DNA of 60,972 nt, filler included, from Gonapodya sp. JEL0774 (GCA_027604505.1; 13 parts of 13 records of this genome joined end to end with filler, not necessarily neighbours in it), one strand, 5' to 3'. Numbered from the whole stretch's first letter, positions 47,032-60,557 are shown. The notes: generated by a model from the sequence alone, not told the origin. Translations and numbers: made by a program.

Positions 47032-47908
47032 AATCCAATTAACCCACGTTGGGGGTGCGTGTCGCCGTGTTTTACAACATCCTCCAGTTCTGCATATCCT
47101 CCTTCCATGATTGAGTCTTCCACTTGATCTGCGCTGAATTTTAAAGGCGCCTTTAGAAGCACGATTAAGAGAGCACCAATCGAGAACAATCGGACAATGT
47201 ACGGTGCGAACAGAGAGGTCGCTTGCACCAAGAAGCCCATACAAACGCTGACGATACCACAGGCGAGAGTACCGTAAAGTCGTTGACGACCATAGTCATC
47301 CGCACGCTCAGGACCGAGCATCGCCAGAACCTATCACGAAAAGACATCATCCAGCCACCCAAACCCCAAACTCCTTCGACGATGATTTCGCCTACCACAC
47401 ACCATAGCATCGATAATGGGGCCTATGGGAACTGATATGATGGAATAAATCAGCCAGATCCCGATAGACACGACTATTGGTGGCCGAGTGAATAAAACGA
47501 GAGGAATCGTCCCCATGAGAAACGCAGTGGTGAAGAGAATGAGTTTATGTCGACCAGATCTATCCGCGTAGCCTGTCCAGAGCGGTACAATAGCGAATGC
47601 TGTGGTATGAAATCGTTGGCTGTATGCAGGCAGATAAAAGAGTTCTTGAGTACGCATCGGGCGCCAAGACACGCACCCATTACTGGTTGGCATGCCGACA
47701 CAATTCCAATTGTAGACTCATCCCATCCTAGAACATTTTTGAAGACAAGAGAGAAGTACGGTCCTGTGTAAACGTGCGGGAGAGACTCGTCGGTGTAGGT
47801 TTGATTACGGGAGAATCCATTTCACCACTACTTGCCGCCACTGCACCATCCGGAGAACAGAAGAAAGTAGATGACTTTGGGCCATACCAATGAAGCATTG
47901 TTCTCCAT
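47032..47908 (-). CDS. MFS transporter, MFSD6/MFS_1_like family (3' partial)
   Basis: MENNASLVWPKVIYFLLF...|GPYFSLVFKNVLG, PLWTGYADRSGRHK, PIIDAM and YGRQRLYGTL. Confidence 0.85.
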
Positions 47909-48167
47909 CGGATCAGGGAGGTATTGGAGGTATTGGTACTGGACCACTGTCTGGCAAGTTGATCTCAAGCTGGTGATCGGAACAACGAGAGAGAGCTTTG
48001 GTAGGGCCGATCAAAGCTAACTACGAGGCTCCAAAGAATCGAGCGAGAGTGTATTCCTGGTGGGAATTGCAGTGTGCGGGAATCTGACTCGGACCGTAAG
48101 TTCAATCAGGCGTCCACTGATCTCGCATAGTTATAACCGTACAGGGATAAGCACATCAATCTCTTCG

Positions 48168-51100
48168 CTAATCCGAGACAACAATACAACCATCAATAAT
48201 TAATGAATCTTTAAATGATTTCGCGACCGCGGGTTTAGTTTGCCGCTTTGCGCGAGTAGCTTTGTCCGAGGACGTCCCAATTCGTTTCTTCGAGGTGGAC
48301 TTCCTCCGCTTTTGCCGTCCGGCACTTAAAACCCCCTCTCGGGCATCGTTGGTATCTTCCTCACCATCCTCCACTCGGCATACCTCTGCAGCTACGCCGT
48401 TAGTGATGAGGTACTCGATCCACACTTTCTGTGCGTCTGCTAAAACGTCATTAGGGGACTTGACTTCCGAGAACAGAACGCGATAAGGGGGGGTTGTGGT
48501 CCAGAGGCTGTTGGTTGGGAGGCAGGCCAGATGGACGATGCGACGGGTAAATGTTGTTCAATAAGCGAGTAATGAATGCACTTACGCCAAGTCCGGAAAG
48601 CCGTGATTCATATGGCGAATATCTGAAATAAAAGTTATGGGACCATCAAGGTGAACACATGGGAAGAACCTGAACACTACCATGAATCAATTTTCGCCCG
48701 ATCACCTCCAACCCCTTGTTGCCTAAGCCCTCCGCAACACATTTGATGTCGTCGGCACTCCAGCTAGACCAGTTAACACCACCAGCCATTGTTCCCTTGA
48801 TACGCCCCGGACCATCCCCACCACGGCTGCGCTCACGGTGGTCGGTCTCAATGACCATCTGGACTCCCTCATTGCGTACACGTGAAAGCCACTTATCAAT
48901 TTGTGAGGTACGACGAGACGCGAAACACGGCGTAGCAATATCATTGGGGAATGCTGGGAAGTGGAAAAGAAGGATGTTATAATCACGAGGACCAACGTCA
49001 AGTTGCAGGGACTTATTCCATTTTTATGTCGCACCTTGATACGGGGTCCAGAACGCTCCATCCACTGACCCGTCAAAAAGCACATCCCAAGCCAGGAGTG
49101 AGAACTACGCGGATCGGAAGATGGGTAGAGACATGTACTTGAGCCATCACTTTCATATTCCCACTCACCACCATCTGCACGAGACCTGTCTCCGCCAAAC
49201 AACCTCCATCCCATCCCGCACCAAGATACCGCTCAAGTGCGTAATTTTCAACTCGCACTGACTGTCCTTCCGAGTTACGATAGTGAACGTTCCCCCATTT
49301 GGTGGTTGGAGGGATTTTAGGTGCTGGCCGGCGCCAATATAAGGAGAATCAATCGATCGCAACTTCTAATCCATAAAACAGACGTATGCGCACCATAGAA
49401 CGTTCGCGTTGGAAGGGGATCGTGACTGATCTTCGGTGATTTGTCGATTGGGAGGGAGAGATCACGATGCAAACGACACAAGCGGCTTTGGAATCATTGA
49501 ATCCAAAAACATGATTCATCACAAAGAAGTTGAACGAGAATGATGTCACGCTTACTCTTCGAGTGCCCGACGGTGGCCTGTATACCAAATCCACAAGTCG
49601 AGTTTGCATGTCGTAGAAATCTTTGACAATGTGCACACTCACCGCCTCCGACCCACTCCTCGCTTTCCGAAAGGGCTTGCGTGCACACCGAATATGCAGT
49701 CAATTTTCCTTCTCCATAGCGCTCCTCCGTCAAGGCGAGCCGATCGTACCACCGCCCTCTGTCACCAAGTCGTACAACTTTCTGGGAAAGGAGTAGGCGG
49801 AGCAAAGGAATTTCATCAACCTGCTGGAAGGACGGTAAAAGTGGAAGAAGGAGGAGCTTGTGATTGAGTAGTGATCCCAGAGGCCAAGCTGATGTTTGTT
49901 GGGTGACTCAGCCCCAGCTTCTCGAATCTGGAACATGTATATCTCGACTTACCAACGTGCCACTTCCTCATCCAATAATCTTGCGAGCTATCCTCTCCTT
50001 GCAACGTGGCACATGCTTTCACCCATCGTTCTTCAGTCACTGCGGCATCGATCATCGACACTGCTGATTGCGCTTCATCCGATCCCGCTGCCTTTCCCTT
50101 TTCCGCGATAGGTGCAATATCCTTCTCCAATTCGATGACCGCCCGCCATTCATCGAAATCACTACGGAGAGACCAAAGCTTTGAGCGACAGAATTCCACG
50201 ACAGGAAGTAGATGCCGACCGGAGCGGTGGAGTATAGCGCCAGTGAGTAAGTTGGATGGAGGCGGGGGCAGTGATGATGGCCGAAAATATATGATAAGCA
50301 AGGATTCGAGGGTACTCGATGTTGCTGCATCAAGGGTCAATAACGGACCTTTGGGAAAATTCGTTGAGTGAGTAGAAACTGTCACCACTGCAAAACGATC
50401 AGTAGCTTGCTCACCAATCCTCTTCATGACCTCTCCTCGAAGCTTTCGCTCTGCACTCCGAGAATCTGATAAACGCCACATCCCGCCTGTGGAAACAAAA
50501 GTTCCTTGATTGTGAACAGAGTTCAGAAGTGAGCCGACAAGCTTGTCCTTCTGCGCAGATGAAATGCGGAGATTGAACATAACTCTGTTCCAAACTGCGC
50601 TATAGAGTACTGACCACTTTCCCAGTCACTTTTACACGAACACTCTTGGCGACTTCTTCCAGCTCCGATCTTGCGAGCACGTCGAGAAGTTCTCGAAGTG
50701 AGGTACCTTCCTCGGGACCAACAGTCAAAAGACCGTACTTCGAAAGCTCCATCACCGCATCGTCGATGTGGAGGCGATATCGACTGGATGTCAGGCGAAG
50801 AGGATGACGACGAAGATGCAGGTAGACGACGAGCGCTTGCGACGAAACTGGTATGGCAATCGCCGTGGCAAGTTATATTAACGGGGCTTTAGCAGATATC
50901 CCAGTCGCGTTCATTACTTCGCAACTAACGGCAGAGTTGATTCCACGTCGTTATAAACTGACTCTCCTGAGCTGTTAACATGTGTTCGTCGGTTTCCATC
51001 ACAGTTTTAAGGATGTCGGAGACGAGCTGGGCGTTCCCCCAACCCTGAATAGATTCTTCTTCTTCTTCATCCGATAGAGGTGATGCTGCGGGCGACAGTG

Positions 51101-51613
51101 CGATGGATTCCATTTTCACAACAGATGCGGGTGGCGTAGTTTCTTCCTCCAACAATGAAGGCTCATAATCGAGGGGAGTAGATGCTTCGGGAGACATTTT
51201 CAAATTCTCAAAATGTAAAGAGTCTGCGGTGAATGTATAATCGCCATTCTCATCGTCAACCCCGTCGTAGCTAAGTGGTTCCTCCACTTCATGGTTCGCC
51301 ACTTGGGCCAAACTTTGCTCCACTTTGACATCAGATTCGTCAGTTTTCGTCTTCAATTTTCTCTTGAAAGTGCGAATCACTGTCCGTTGCATAACGTCTC
51401 CTGATATCTCTCCAAGGTCGAATGTCGTCCTTGCAGAACTTGACACTGAGTAATCCACATCTGATTTCCAGGAGTTGTTCCTCCGCGCAGAATTTTTCGT
51501 GACCGAAACAATGAAGCAGTCCTCGTCCACGACAGACAGAGGCTGTGGTGAATTGGAGCAATCAGCTCCAGTCTCCAAAAGTCCAGCCGAACATTCCACG
51601 AGATTGGATTTCT
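48168..51613 (-). CDS. FAN1: Fanconi-associated nuclease 1 (VRR-NUC), multi-exon, 5' partial
   Basis: LLLSQ...RGRWYDRLAL, VENYALERYLGAGWDG, HGFPDL and FSEVKSPNDVLADAQKVWIEYLITNGVAAEVCRV (PD-(D/E)xK VRR-NUC core). Confidence 0.9.
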
Positions 51614-51713
51614 NNNNNNNNNNNNNNNNNNNNNNNNNNNNNNNNNNNNNNNNNNNNTTAATTAATTAANNNNNNNNNNNNNNNNNNNNNNNNNNNNNNN
51701 NNNNNNNNNNNNN

Positions 51714-52172
51714 GTTGGAAGCCCTGGGAGTCCAAGCATGGGCTCGGTTGACCTTTCCCGCTCTGTATCTAACGCGAGCACGATTCACGGGGAGAGGGCG
51801 CTCTCTCCGACCGGTGGTCCTGCTTCGAGGACATTGATGTCTCCTTCCGTGGCATCGCTACCACGACGGACCGACGGAGGTGCTTCCACGCCTACGAATT
51901 CAGAGGCACCAGCGGACTACTTCGTCCCCATGAAAGGATTCGAGGACGATGGCGAGGACGGCAACGGGAACCCACTCCCTGGGATAAAGCGTCGTAACAG
52001 TTTGAAAGCTGAAGTGGAATCGCTCGCTCCCACGGTTTTGTTCCGAAACATGCCTGCTGTTCATGTGCACCCCCCGACGGTGGCAAGAGGAGGCAAGTTT
52101 GTTGCGCCTGCGTCCCGAATAAGCGAAGTGGCACCTCGCGCCGCAGCGACGTTTGTACCGTGGGGTAATTGA
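51714..52172 (+). CDS. Low-complexity C-terminal fragment of an unknown protein (5' partial)
   Basis: Open frame of at least 144 codons near the contig start, ending ...ATFVPWGN*. Confidence 0.5.
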   Translation, partial: VGSPGSPSMGSVDLSRSVSNASTIHGERALSPTGGPASRTLMSPSVASLPRRTDGGASTPTNSEAPADYFVPMKGFEDDGEDGNGNPLPGIKRRNSLKAEVESLAPTVLFRNMPAVHVHPPTVARGGKFVAPASRISEVAPRAAATFVPWGN

Positions 52173-52746
52173 ATCTTGTTCTGCGCTTTTGACCGTAGAG
52201 ATGGTGTTTTGACAGTGTAGAGTTGATGAATTGAACGTGGCGTTGTAGTTTTTGTTAGTCACCTTTAGTCATGACACGGCTAGTTCGAGCACTCGGTATG
52301 TATGTGCTTGTATCTCATAAACGATCACTTCTGAGATTGGCACGACTAGGTTACACTGGACCTAGTACTGGTTGCTCTCATAGCAGGTGCAGCGACATTG
52401 TTAAGTGGCGCGGAGCAGGAAAAATATCTTTCAGGCCTTCTAAATTGGATTGCGAAGTGCTCCTGTGTAGTAAGGCACACATACCATTCATCCAACTTTC
52501 ACTGATGTTGCTCAATGCGTAATACTTTGCTCCACATTCCCGGGGATACTGTCTCATGTGTAAATATTAATGTGTAGTTTTCTGACCCTTCAATGACAGA
52601 TCTGACGAGTTTTGATGTTCACATTCACTCCTGTTGTAATACCCTCGGGACGTGTTAAAATCTCCGCAATATTTAATCGCCTTAAGGACATGAACAACAG
52701 GACACGCAGGCGACATCGTGGACAGTAGTTTTTCTCTCCGGTACAA

Positions 52747-54373
52747 TCACAGGAAACTCTTGCTCTTCTCCAACAAGTCGCCACTAGGCTTGAACAGGAC
52801 CTTTTTGCCCGGAAGCGCGAATGCGTGATCCCTGCTTCCCATCGAGCCCATCGCGAGCGACGTGAGCGACCTGGTCGTATCGATTCGGTACGGTGTGAGA
52901 TCGGTGATGCCTTGGGATGCGAGGACTGGGACGTCAATGGTGAGATTGCCCTGTTTGAAAGACCATTTCGTGAGGTGAGTTGAGGGAAACTTGCAATGGC
53001 TCAAACACGCACGGTGTACTCCGTAGAAGGTTGGTTAACGATCACATAGATAGCGTCGGCATCTAAGGGTGAGTGAAAACAAATTTGAGGGTATAATTTG
53101 AGAGTTGGTCTGGGAAGTGAGGCATTCCAGAAAATTACTCACGGATATCAGGCTTCATGGCATAGGAAGCTTCCATGCCGAGAGCATTTTTCAAAGCCGC
53201 GGTCCAGATGGGATACTGCGGCTGTTTTCCGACGCAGATAGAAGGGTTTGGGTATAATTCAGCCCCAGAGAGTGAGCCGCGACAGTCAACCAAAACATAA
53301 CATACCCAAATTCCATTGACAGCGATTCCATTGGGTCTAAGCTCCTCAGAGTGCCCAAGAACCTGCAGGGACACTTTCGGGAGAGGATGGCATATGTCGA
53401 TGCCAACAACACCGGTGTTCACCAATGGGAGTGGGGTACTTACTTCCATATTTTGCCATCATGTAAGCAGTGTTCCTACCGATAACTTTGGGGTCCAGAG
53501 AAATTGGTGGGCACATGTTGACAATATGCCTAATGAATGAGGGATTCGACGGAGCAGTCAATTTTCGAATGAGCGAATTGGCTTGCTCAGCTCAACTCAC
53601 GGGTTGCGCCCTCGCTTCGCAGATGCAATAAGATGAGGGATTGCATGCTTGGTGACCAGCCTGTCGTAGGAAGCCAATAAATATGCTGAGCTGGGAATAT
53701 GGGTGCCATTGTGGCCAGAACTAAGATGTGACTCACCATGTGCCTCTCAGATTAATTTGGTTCATCAGATCAAACATTTTGCTCTCCGTTTGTGTAGTGG
53801 GCGTCAGACCTGGGGTAGATGGAAGGTGCAAGATTAATGTGGAGGTTCCCGTCGTATCCCGAGGGTCTACGAGAGTAGGCCTACCCGCCCTCACGACACT
53901 CACTGATAGCCGAAGCATTGTTGAGCAATATGTCAATTCCACCAAAAGTTTCAACGGCTTTTGCTACTGCTGCGATGACCTGTTTCTCGTCGCGGATGTC
54001 ACAAGGCACAGCCAAGGCACCTGACGCGCCGCTGTCAAGGCAGTCTTGCGCAGCAGAGTAAATTGTGCCAGGGAGCTTTGGGTGAGTAGCTTCAGTCTTT
54101 CCTGCGAGGGAGAAGTACGCCGTTCGAACAGAAGTCTACAAGCCCTCCACGAAGAGTGAATCTCAATTACCGGTGATGACGATGTTGCATCCTTCTCGCG
54201 CAAGTCGAAGGGCAGTGGCGAGACCGATACCGCGAGACCCGCCCCTTTGAGTGTCGCGTAGAAAAGTGTAGATCGCAGGTCAGGGGAACTGGAACCGAAC
54301 GATCTCCCCAACGTCCATCTGGGCGACATGCGAAAACTCACGAGACAAAAACAACCTTCCCTTTCATCGACAT
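52747..54373 (-). CDS. HSDL2: Short-chain dehydrogenase/reductase, HSDL2-like (no SCP2 domain seen)
   Basis: MSMKGKVVFVS|GGSRGIG, KT..THPKLPGTIYSAA, CDIRDE, FGGIDILLNNASAI, FDLMNQINLRGTW, AYMMAKYG (YxxxK) and MKPDI. Confidence 0.88.
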
Positions 54374-54758
54374 TTTGGAGAAACAGCGAGTTCAGACGAT
54401 GGGTTCAGAAAAATTATTCCTCCGGCGTTTGTCGCTTCAGCCGGATTGATCGGGATCGGAAGTAGAACAGACCGACAACAGGAACAATCCATTGATCAAA
54501 TTTCACGGATAGGTCAAGTTTAATCTCCATTGAACACCATGAATGTTCTCTATTAGGTTGGATCTTTGCGTTTTGATTTTCCAAGTCGTACACATCGAAG
54601 AGTGTTCTGGATATTCTACTGGGTACTATGGCTAATCCAGATGGTCTGGTTGGCGTGAGCATGACCGGTTGGGTGCAGCTTTTGGTGGGAGCATTAGCTG
54701 ACGTCATGATGGAGCCTCTGAGTTTCCAATCGCTAAAGACCCACTCAATTTAAACGCG

Positions 54759-56237
54759 ATGATTTTCGACAGTCTCAACAGACGCGCACCTTTACTCTCT
54801 CGCCGCCTTCTGTATACGTCCACTAGTACGAAGCCGCAGACGGTTGCTACAGGCAGGCCGGGAGCAGAGCAGGTGGTCAAAAACGCTCCTGGAGAGAAGA
54901 AAGATCAAACTCCGTGGATCTCATGGGTTACGATATTCTTGGGAAGTGCTGTAAGTAAGATATTTCGACTGCTCTTCTTGCGGCTCAGTACAGTCAAATC
55001 GTCAGATGGCTGAGTCATTCATTATGCCAGGCTATTGGCTTCTCCGGGGGATACATCAGCGTCGGCAGCAAAGGTCATCCTGCAGGAGCGTTTGGTAAGG
55101 AAACCGCAATGCGGCGTGGAGGCAAGGGAGAAGAAAGGGATGCAACAGGGTGAACGGTCGTGCATGCAGAAGCTGGAAAGAACGTGACGGTTCGTTGAAG
55201 CAGAGGCGCAACGGCTCGATAACATAATTCTGTTCGAAATGTGTACATCTGATGACAATGGAATTTTACTTGCGTCCGTTGACGTTGGCCTGGCTCGCGG
55301 CACGATTCCTATTTCGATCTTGCTCTCAACTTCACCGCCTACCACACCGATCTCACTGCAGTACAGCTAAACAGAAAACTCTACCAAATAATCCAGAAAT
55401 CACCCATACTATGATGCTCGAGGGAGCCGCCTCGCTCATTCAAAACTTCAAACCCGTTAAAAGATTCGGGAGCACGTGTGTGGGTTTCATTTCGACAACG
55501 GGGACTTGAACAAACAAGTCAGTTTAGGGCTTGGTGTCGAACCTGATGGGCTCATAATGCTGATCACGAGCTCTCGGCAAAGGTGGAAGCTCATCACTAT
55601 TGTGCACACCTGAGCGAGAAATTCCGTCAGTGCGTCATCTACGACGGCTCCAACTCTGATGCTAGATTGAAAGGAGTGGAGTACATTATATCGGAGAAAC
55701 TCTTCCGTGGTGAGGGCTCGGATCTACTATTTCCGCGTTTCAGCACGGGTATCATGAAACGCATAACCCGCATTTGCCAACTGCACGTGCCATATCAACT
55801 GTAGCCCTTGCTGACACGGAGAAAATGTTCTGGCATTCTCACGTGTATGAGGTAATGGGTGGTGTCCTCACGACGCCAACTCACGGTCTGGTACCGGCAG
55901 TCGCGAGGGACGAAGCAGAGTTGCAAGTTATGCCGCAGGTGATCGCACGGGAATAATCTCGACGTGCGCTACTGACACTAAAGATAGCCGATGAATTTTG
56001 ATCTCAGTTAGTCGGAACTTATGGTAAGGCCATTCACACGTGGGACATCCTACACTGGGTACTATCCATTTCTATCATCATCCCAGCTCTTACTTATCTC
56101 CCGTACAACTTTATTATATAAGATCCACATCGATTCCATTTGGTCCTCCTCATATCATGATGGCTTTTACCCGTGATGGTCAAATTCACCCAGACCTCCT
56201 CGATCAGCGGAGCGGCCCACAGGAAAAAAGTCCCTGA
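54759..56237 (+). CDS. DUF1264 / oil-body-associated protein (OBAP)-like, with an N-terminal extension and an apparent 1-nt frameshift
   Basis: [32 protein letters not shown]...RQCVIYD...[33 protein letters not shown] and [17 protein letters not shown]. Confidence 0.8.
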
Positions 56238-56964
56238 TTTCAGGGTCCTGACATCAAGCAATGTCAGGGGTAGCAGTGTCAGACGTCTGATACCNNNNNN
56301 NNNNNNNNNNNNNNNNNNNNNNNNNNNNNNNNNNNNNNTTAATTAATTAANNNNNNNNNNNNNNNNNNNNNNNNNNNNNNNNNNNNNNNNNNNNCTCTCC
56401 CGTCCCAGCTCGGCATACCAACGCAATGATGTATTGGTCGCTACCGAGTGGGCATGTATGTATCAAGTGTCCGAACCAAAAGGAGGTCAGCCGGGGGAAC
56501 TCAGAATGGCATACATTGTCAAAAAATGGGGTGAGCAGCTTTCGGATGTGTGCAGTAAGAGCGTGGGGATCTGGTTGGCGTCTGGCACTATGGCATCTGG
56601 GTCATTATGACGCAAGCATCGCGTCACTGGCAAATATAGACACCCAAACTATTTCAATATTTGGAGATATTAATCTATGCTTTGACACCTTGGGAGAGCT
56701 ATCAACCGAGTCCATTCATTCCCCTTTTCCGCCACACCAGGGTGGCTGAGGGTGGCTCATAGCGAGGGATAAGTTCAATGACGCAGACATCCAGAAAGAT
56801 ATTTTGGAAGTGCGTCTTTCTATTGTGTGTGCGGCGACTTGGATAGTTTAATATCGAGCCCGTGGGTTGGCGGTTGAATGCGGAGGTTTGCTTGACATCC
56901 TTATTGCCCAAGCCCCCCCGGCCAAACAGAAAGCTCCACGTTCACTTTTTCGGGATCGCCTTTC

Positions 56965-59900
56965 ATGGCTGTCAAACGCCTTCGACTAGAGAGCGACGGC
57001 CCTTCTCGTACAGTTGTTCTGCGTGACAACCAAGTTCCCGCAACGTTTGAAAGTCTTCGCTATCTCGTTTGTTCAAAACTTTCAAAAGATGATCCTTCCG
57101 CTGCCTTCACGTTTATCGGCCCGAAGGGCGGCATTTTCACGGACTCGGACGTGGCCGATTTGTTCGACGCAGACACAAATGTGACAGTGTTTTGCAGACG
57201 GGTGGAGGTAAGTCCCGTTTTGTCTGCGTTTTGGGGAGACCTGGAACAAACAAAACACTTTCCTGAATGGGGATCTCACGCATTGGCATAGTCTTCACGG
57301 CCACGCCCGCAACCGCCTCGTAAAGGTGCTCGGAAGAAACGAAACTCTTCAATATCCGTGGATACGAAGTCCAGCAGACAGTCTGCAGATGCATATGACA
57401 CTCCTTCCACTTTAAGCTCCTCGGACGCGTACTCCGACTCAGCGTCCTCGTTTGAATCAGAATCGGACTCGGACTTCAGGTCCTCGCGGACCGCGACGCC
57501 AACTCCAGGAAGTGTCAACTCGGAAGACGAAGACCCAACCCTCAGGCGAAAGGTTTCTTTTGGCCCCACTACGACCTTCACCCTATCACCCACCAGTCCC
57601 GAATCGCCGGGTGATTCTCCGCCTCCTGATTCTGGACCTAAGTACCTGCCTCCCGACCCATCCGCCGTCGCCCGACAATCTGCACTTAAATCCCCTTCCC
57701 CAAGAATAGTTCCCCAATCAGGAACCGACCGTCCGCCGTCGCCAAAGCGGATGCTGACCAAGGCTCGGTCAACGCCTGCGATTTCTCCAAACAGGCGGCC
57801 ACCACCGCCACCTCCCAAAGATAACATATACACCCAGCAAACGGAACGCCCCACGACCCCAACACCCAAGTTCCCGGCGCGGGATGCCAGCCAGACCGTG
57901 AAAGTGTCTGTCATACCTGTGGTCCCTCCGGTCCGTAAATCATCAATCACAACGCCTAGTACGACATCATCCACTTCTTCAAACGCAACAAAAGTCAACA
58001 ACATTCGGAACTCTGTTGGTCCAGTTGGAGCTGTCACTGTTAGATCATTTCGGCTCAATGCGGCAGATCATGATGCAGAGGTTGTGGAGATCAAGGACGT
58101 TCACTTGCAGGCGATGAGAAGGGCGCGTTCCCTGGAGTACCTTCGGGGCACTTCCTCCACGTCCAACTATTCCGATTACGCAAATTTGGCACCGCTTCAA
58201 ATACCTCAGTACAACCGACAACCCGTACGAACAAACACTCGCACACCCTCACCCACCGTTTTCTTTGTTCCAAAGCCGCAACCTCCACCTGTTCCGTCCA
58301 GACAGGGAAGACGCACACCGTCTGGTTCGTCGCAGCACGGTAAGCAGTCAAGCAGTCAGGTAGCACCTCCGGAACCTCCGAAATCTGGAGGTGGTTTGGT
58401 TGGCCTTCTTCGACGACTCTCGAACAGGAACCTCAGAAAGGCCTTCCAAAAAGAGGAACCTCCCGCACCAGTGCAAGAATTGTCTCCACCTGAATCTATC
58501 ATATCTCGAAGGCCTTCTTCACAGTACAGCGTGGGCTCATCGAAAGCTGGACCTCCTGTTCCGCCAAGAAAGAAACCACCGCCACCGCCACCTTCCCCTG
58601 CACATCTTAAGGAGATTTACCAACCTGCTCTTCAATATCTAGATCAAGAATGGGAACCAAGCCCAAGACGTGAAGCCTCCTTCGAGGAGCAAGTGGAGGA
58701 GTTCTGGCCCCGCAGTGGATCCGTCAGCGGCTCAAGCATCACCATGCAGTCCCCTGTGCCACCCGGGGACGCCTACTGGGCAAGTCAGGGTGGCTTTGCA
58801 ACAGCGAGCTACTCAGAACATCCTTTGGACCGGCGACTGATGACACCCCCGGCTGATGACACCCCTTCCCGGAGGCCCGCTCCTCCTCCTATACCTCTCG
58901 GATGGGCGGGCCCGCAAGCTGCGGCGGAATTGCGGCAAAACTCTGCACCCCTTTTCCCCACACGTCCGCACCTTCCCGTGGGCCATACGTCGTCAGAATT
59001 CAACGTCGATTCGTCCAATTACGCGAAGGCATCTACCAGCTTGACTGTACCTAGTCGCAAGTCCTCCGAGTATACTATAGGAAGGAGTGCGTTTTCACCG
59101 GCGCCCAGCACTTCATCCAGTATTCCTGTGTCCAGCTCGGTACCTACGAGTGCGGGTAGCCGCTTCATGAGTCCCATGCCCCCCTCATTTGTGATTCCGG
59201 AACGGGGATCGAGTCGTACTATTGCAGCACCACCGCCAGCTATGTCCCCGGCTTTGCCCAAGTGGGATCCGGGTCTCGAGTTCCGCATGGCAGGGAGGGA
59301 GTATGCTTTCCCTTTCGTGTGGAAGAATGACGTTCACAGCACGGCGAGCGATTTGATGGCAGCATTGGCGAGGCCAGAATTTGCAGCGCAACGTGCCTGG
59401 GGATACAAACAGGTGAGTGCATTCTGCTTTCTCTGTCGGAGTTGACTTTTTACCAAACCATGTATCATATATTGATGGAAGGCTGAAGTGAACGAGTTGT
59501 CGGCTTCTATCCGCTATATTCCACGCGATAGGAGTGCCAAGAAAAGGGGCAAAACTGGATTTGGCCTTACGCAGTTTGTAAGCTGACACGGTTTTGCGAA
59601 CCTCCACGTGGATGTCACTGATCGCTGTTCCGTAACCGCACTTTAGACTATTTTTTTCAACAATGGTCCGCTCTTCCAGGCCGCCGTCGATCTTTACACG
59701 AAGAAAACCTCTTCCCTGGGTGCCGCTGACTTCCGCCACTACTTCATCCGGCCTCTCCAAGCCGTCGCGCATCTCTATGTCAACGAGAATGTTGTCACGG
59801 AGTGGGCATGTATCGAACCGCCTCCGGACTACCGTGGGGCTTCGGATGGGAGAATGGACTATCATGTCGCGTATATCGTAAAGGACATGCGGGAGGATCT

Positions 59901-60093
59901 CACTGAGGAATGTAGGACACATGTGGAGCTGTGGATCAAGGCAAACATGACAGTGGGAGAGTGGGGTAGGTTTACAATGGTGTCTCTTCATGAGCGACGA
60001 ACCTCTTACTCACACTTGTCCCTCCGACGATGTACAGTACAAGCGAAAAACGGTACGAAACAGATCCGTTCCCGTATCTCACGGGGACGATGA
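56965..60093 (+). CDS. Multi-exon protein: possible ubiquitin-like/PB1 N-terminus, long Pro/Ser-rich linker, unnamed C-terminal domain
   Basis: Exon 1 (to a GTAAGT donor near 57208) splices in frame to the 695-aa ORF. Later exons encode ...VTEWACIEPPPDYRGASDGRMDYHVAYIV...W|VQAK...RGR*. Confidence 0.7.
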
Positions 60094-60557
60094 TTACTCA
60101 CGAGGCGAGATAATTTGGAGTTAATGGATGCGATTGAGTCCAAATGTGTAACTTTCAGCCCACATGAAGGGTGTGAGGGATGTGTGATTTGCCTTAACTT
60201 GCCTGTAGACAGGGCTCGTTATTTTGAGCATGCCTGTCAGTGTACTTGTTTTTGCGCCCGTTTGATAAGTGGTGATGCTAAGTTTATGTATAGGAATGCG
60301 TAATTGTGATTCTTAGAATGTGAATGATGTTCGTCAAGGCGCATGAACGAATGACTCTCGGACAACAATGACTAGGCCTCGACCGAGTGAAAAAATTCAG
60401 GTCGCGGCTTGGTTATCTCAAGATAGGTGCTCTGGCAAGTAAATAGAGTGGCAATAATATTACATGCGCCCAATACAATAAAGATGAATTACGTTTGCAG
60501 GCGCCCATACGAGGAGGTGACCTGTTTGTCAAACTAACAGAACCGCAATCTTAAATA

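Noticed and set aside
4623..56394. Regularly spaced TTAATTAATTAA palindromes about every 4.7 kb, resembling a repeat array or element boundary
   Set aside because: Each is embedded in exactly 44+44 Ns between size-sorted contigs. It is an artificial six-frame-stop linker, so cross-linker gene clusters and ORFs containing X runs are artefacts.
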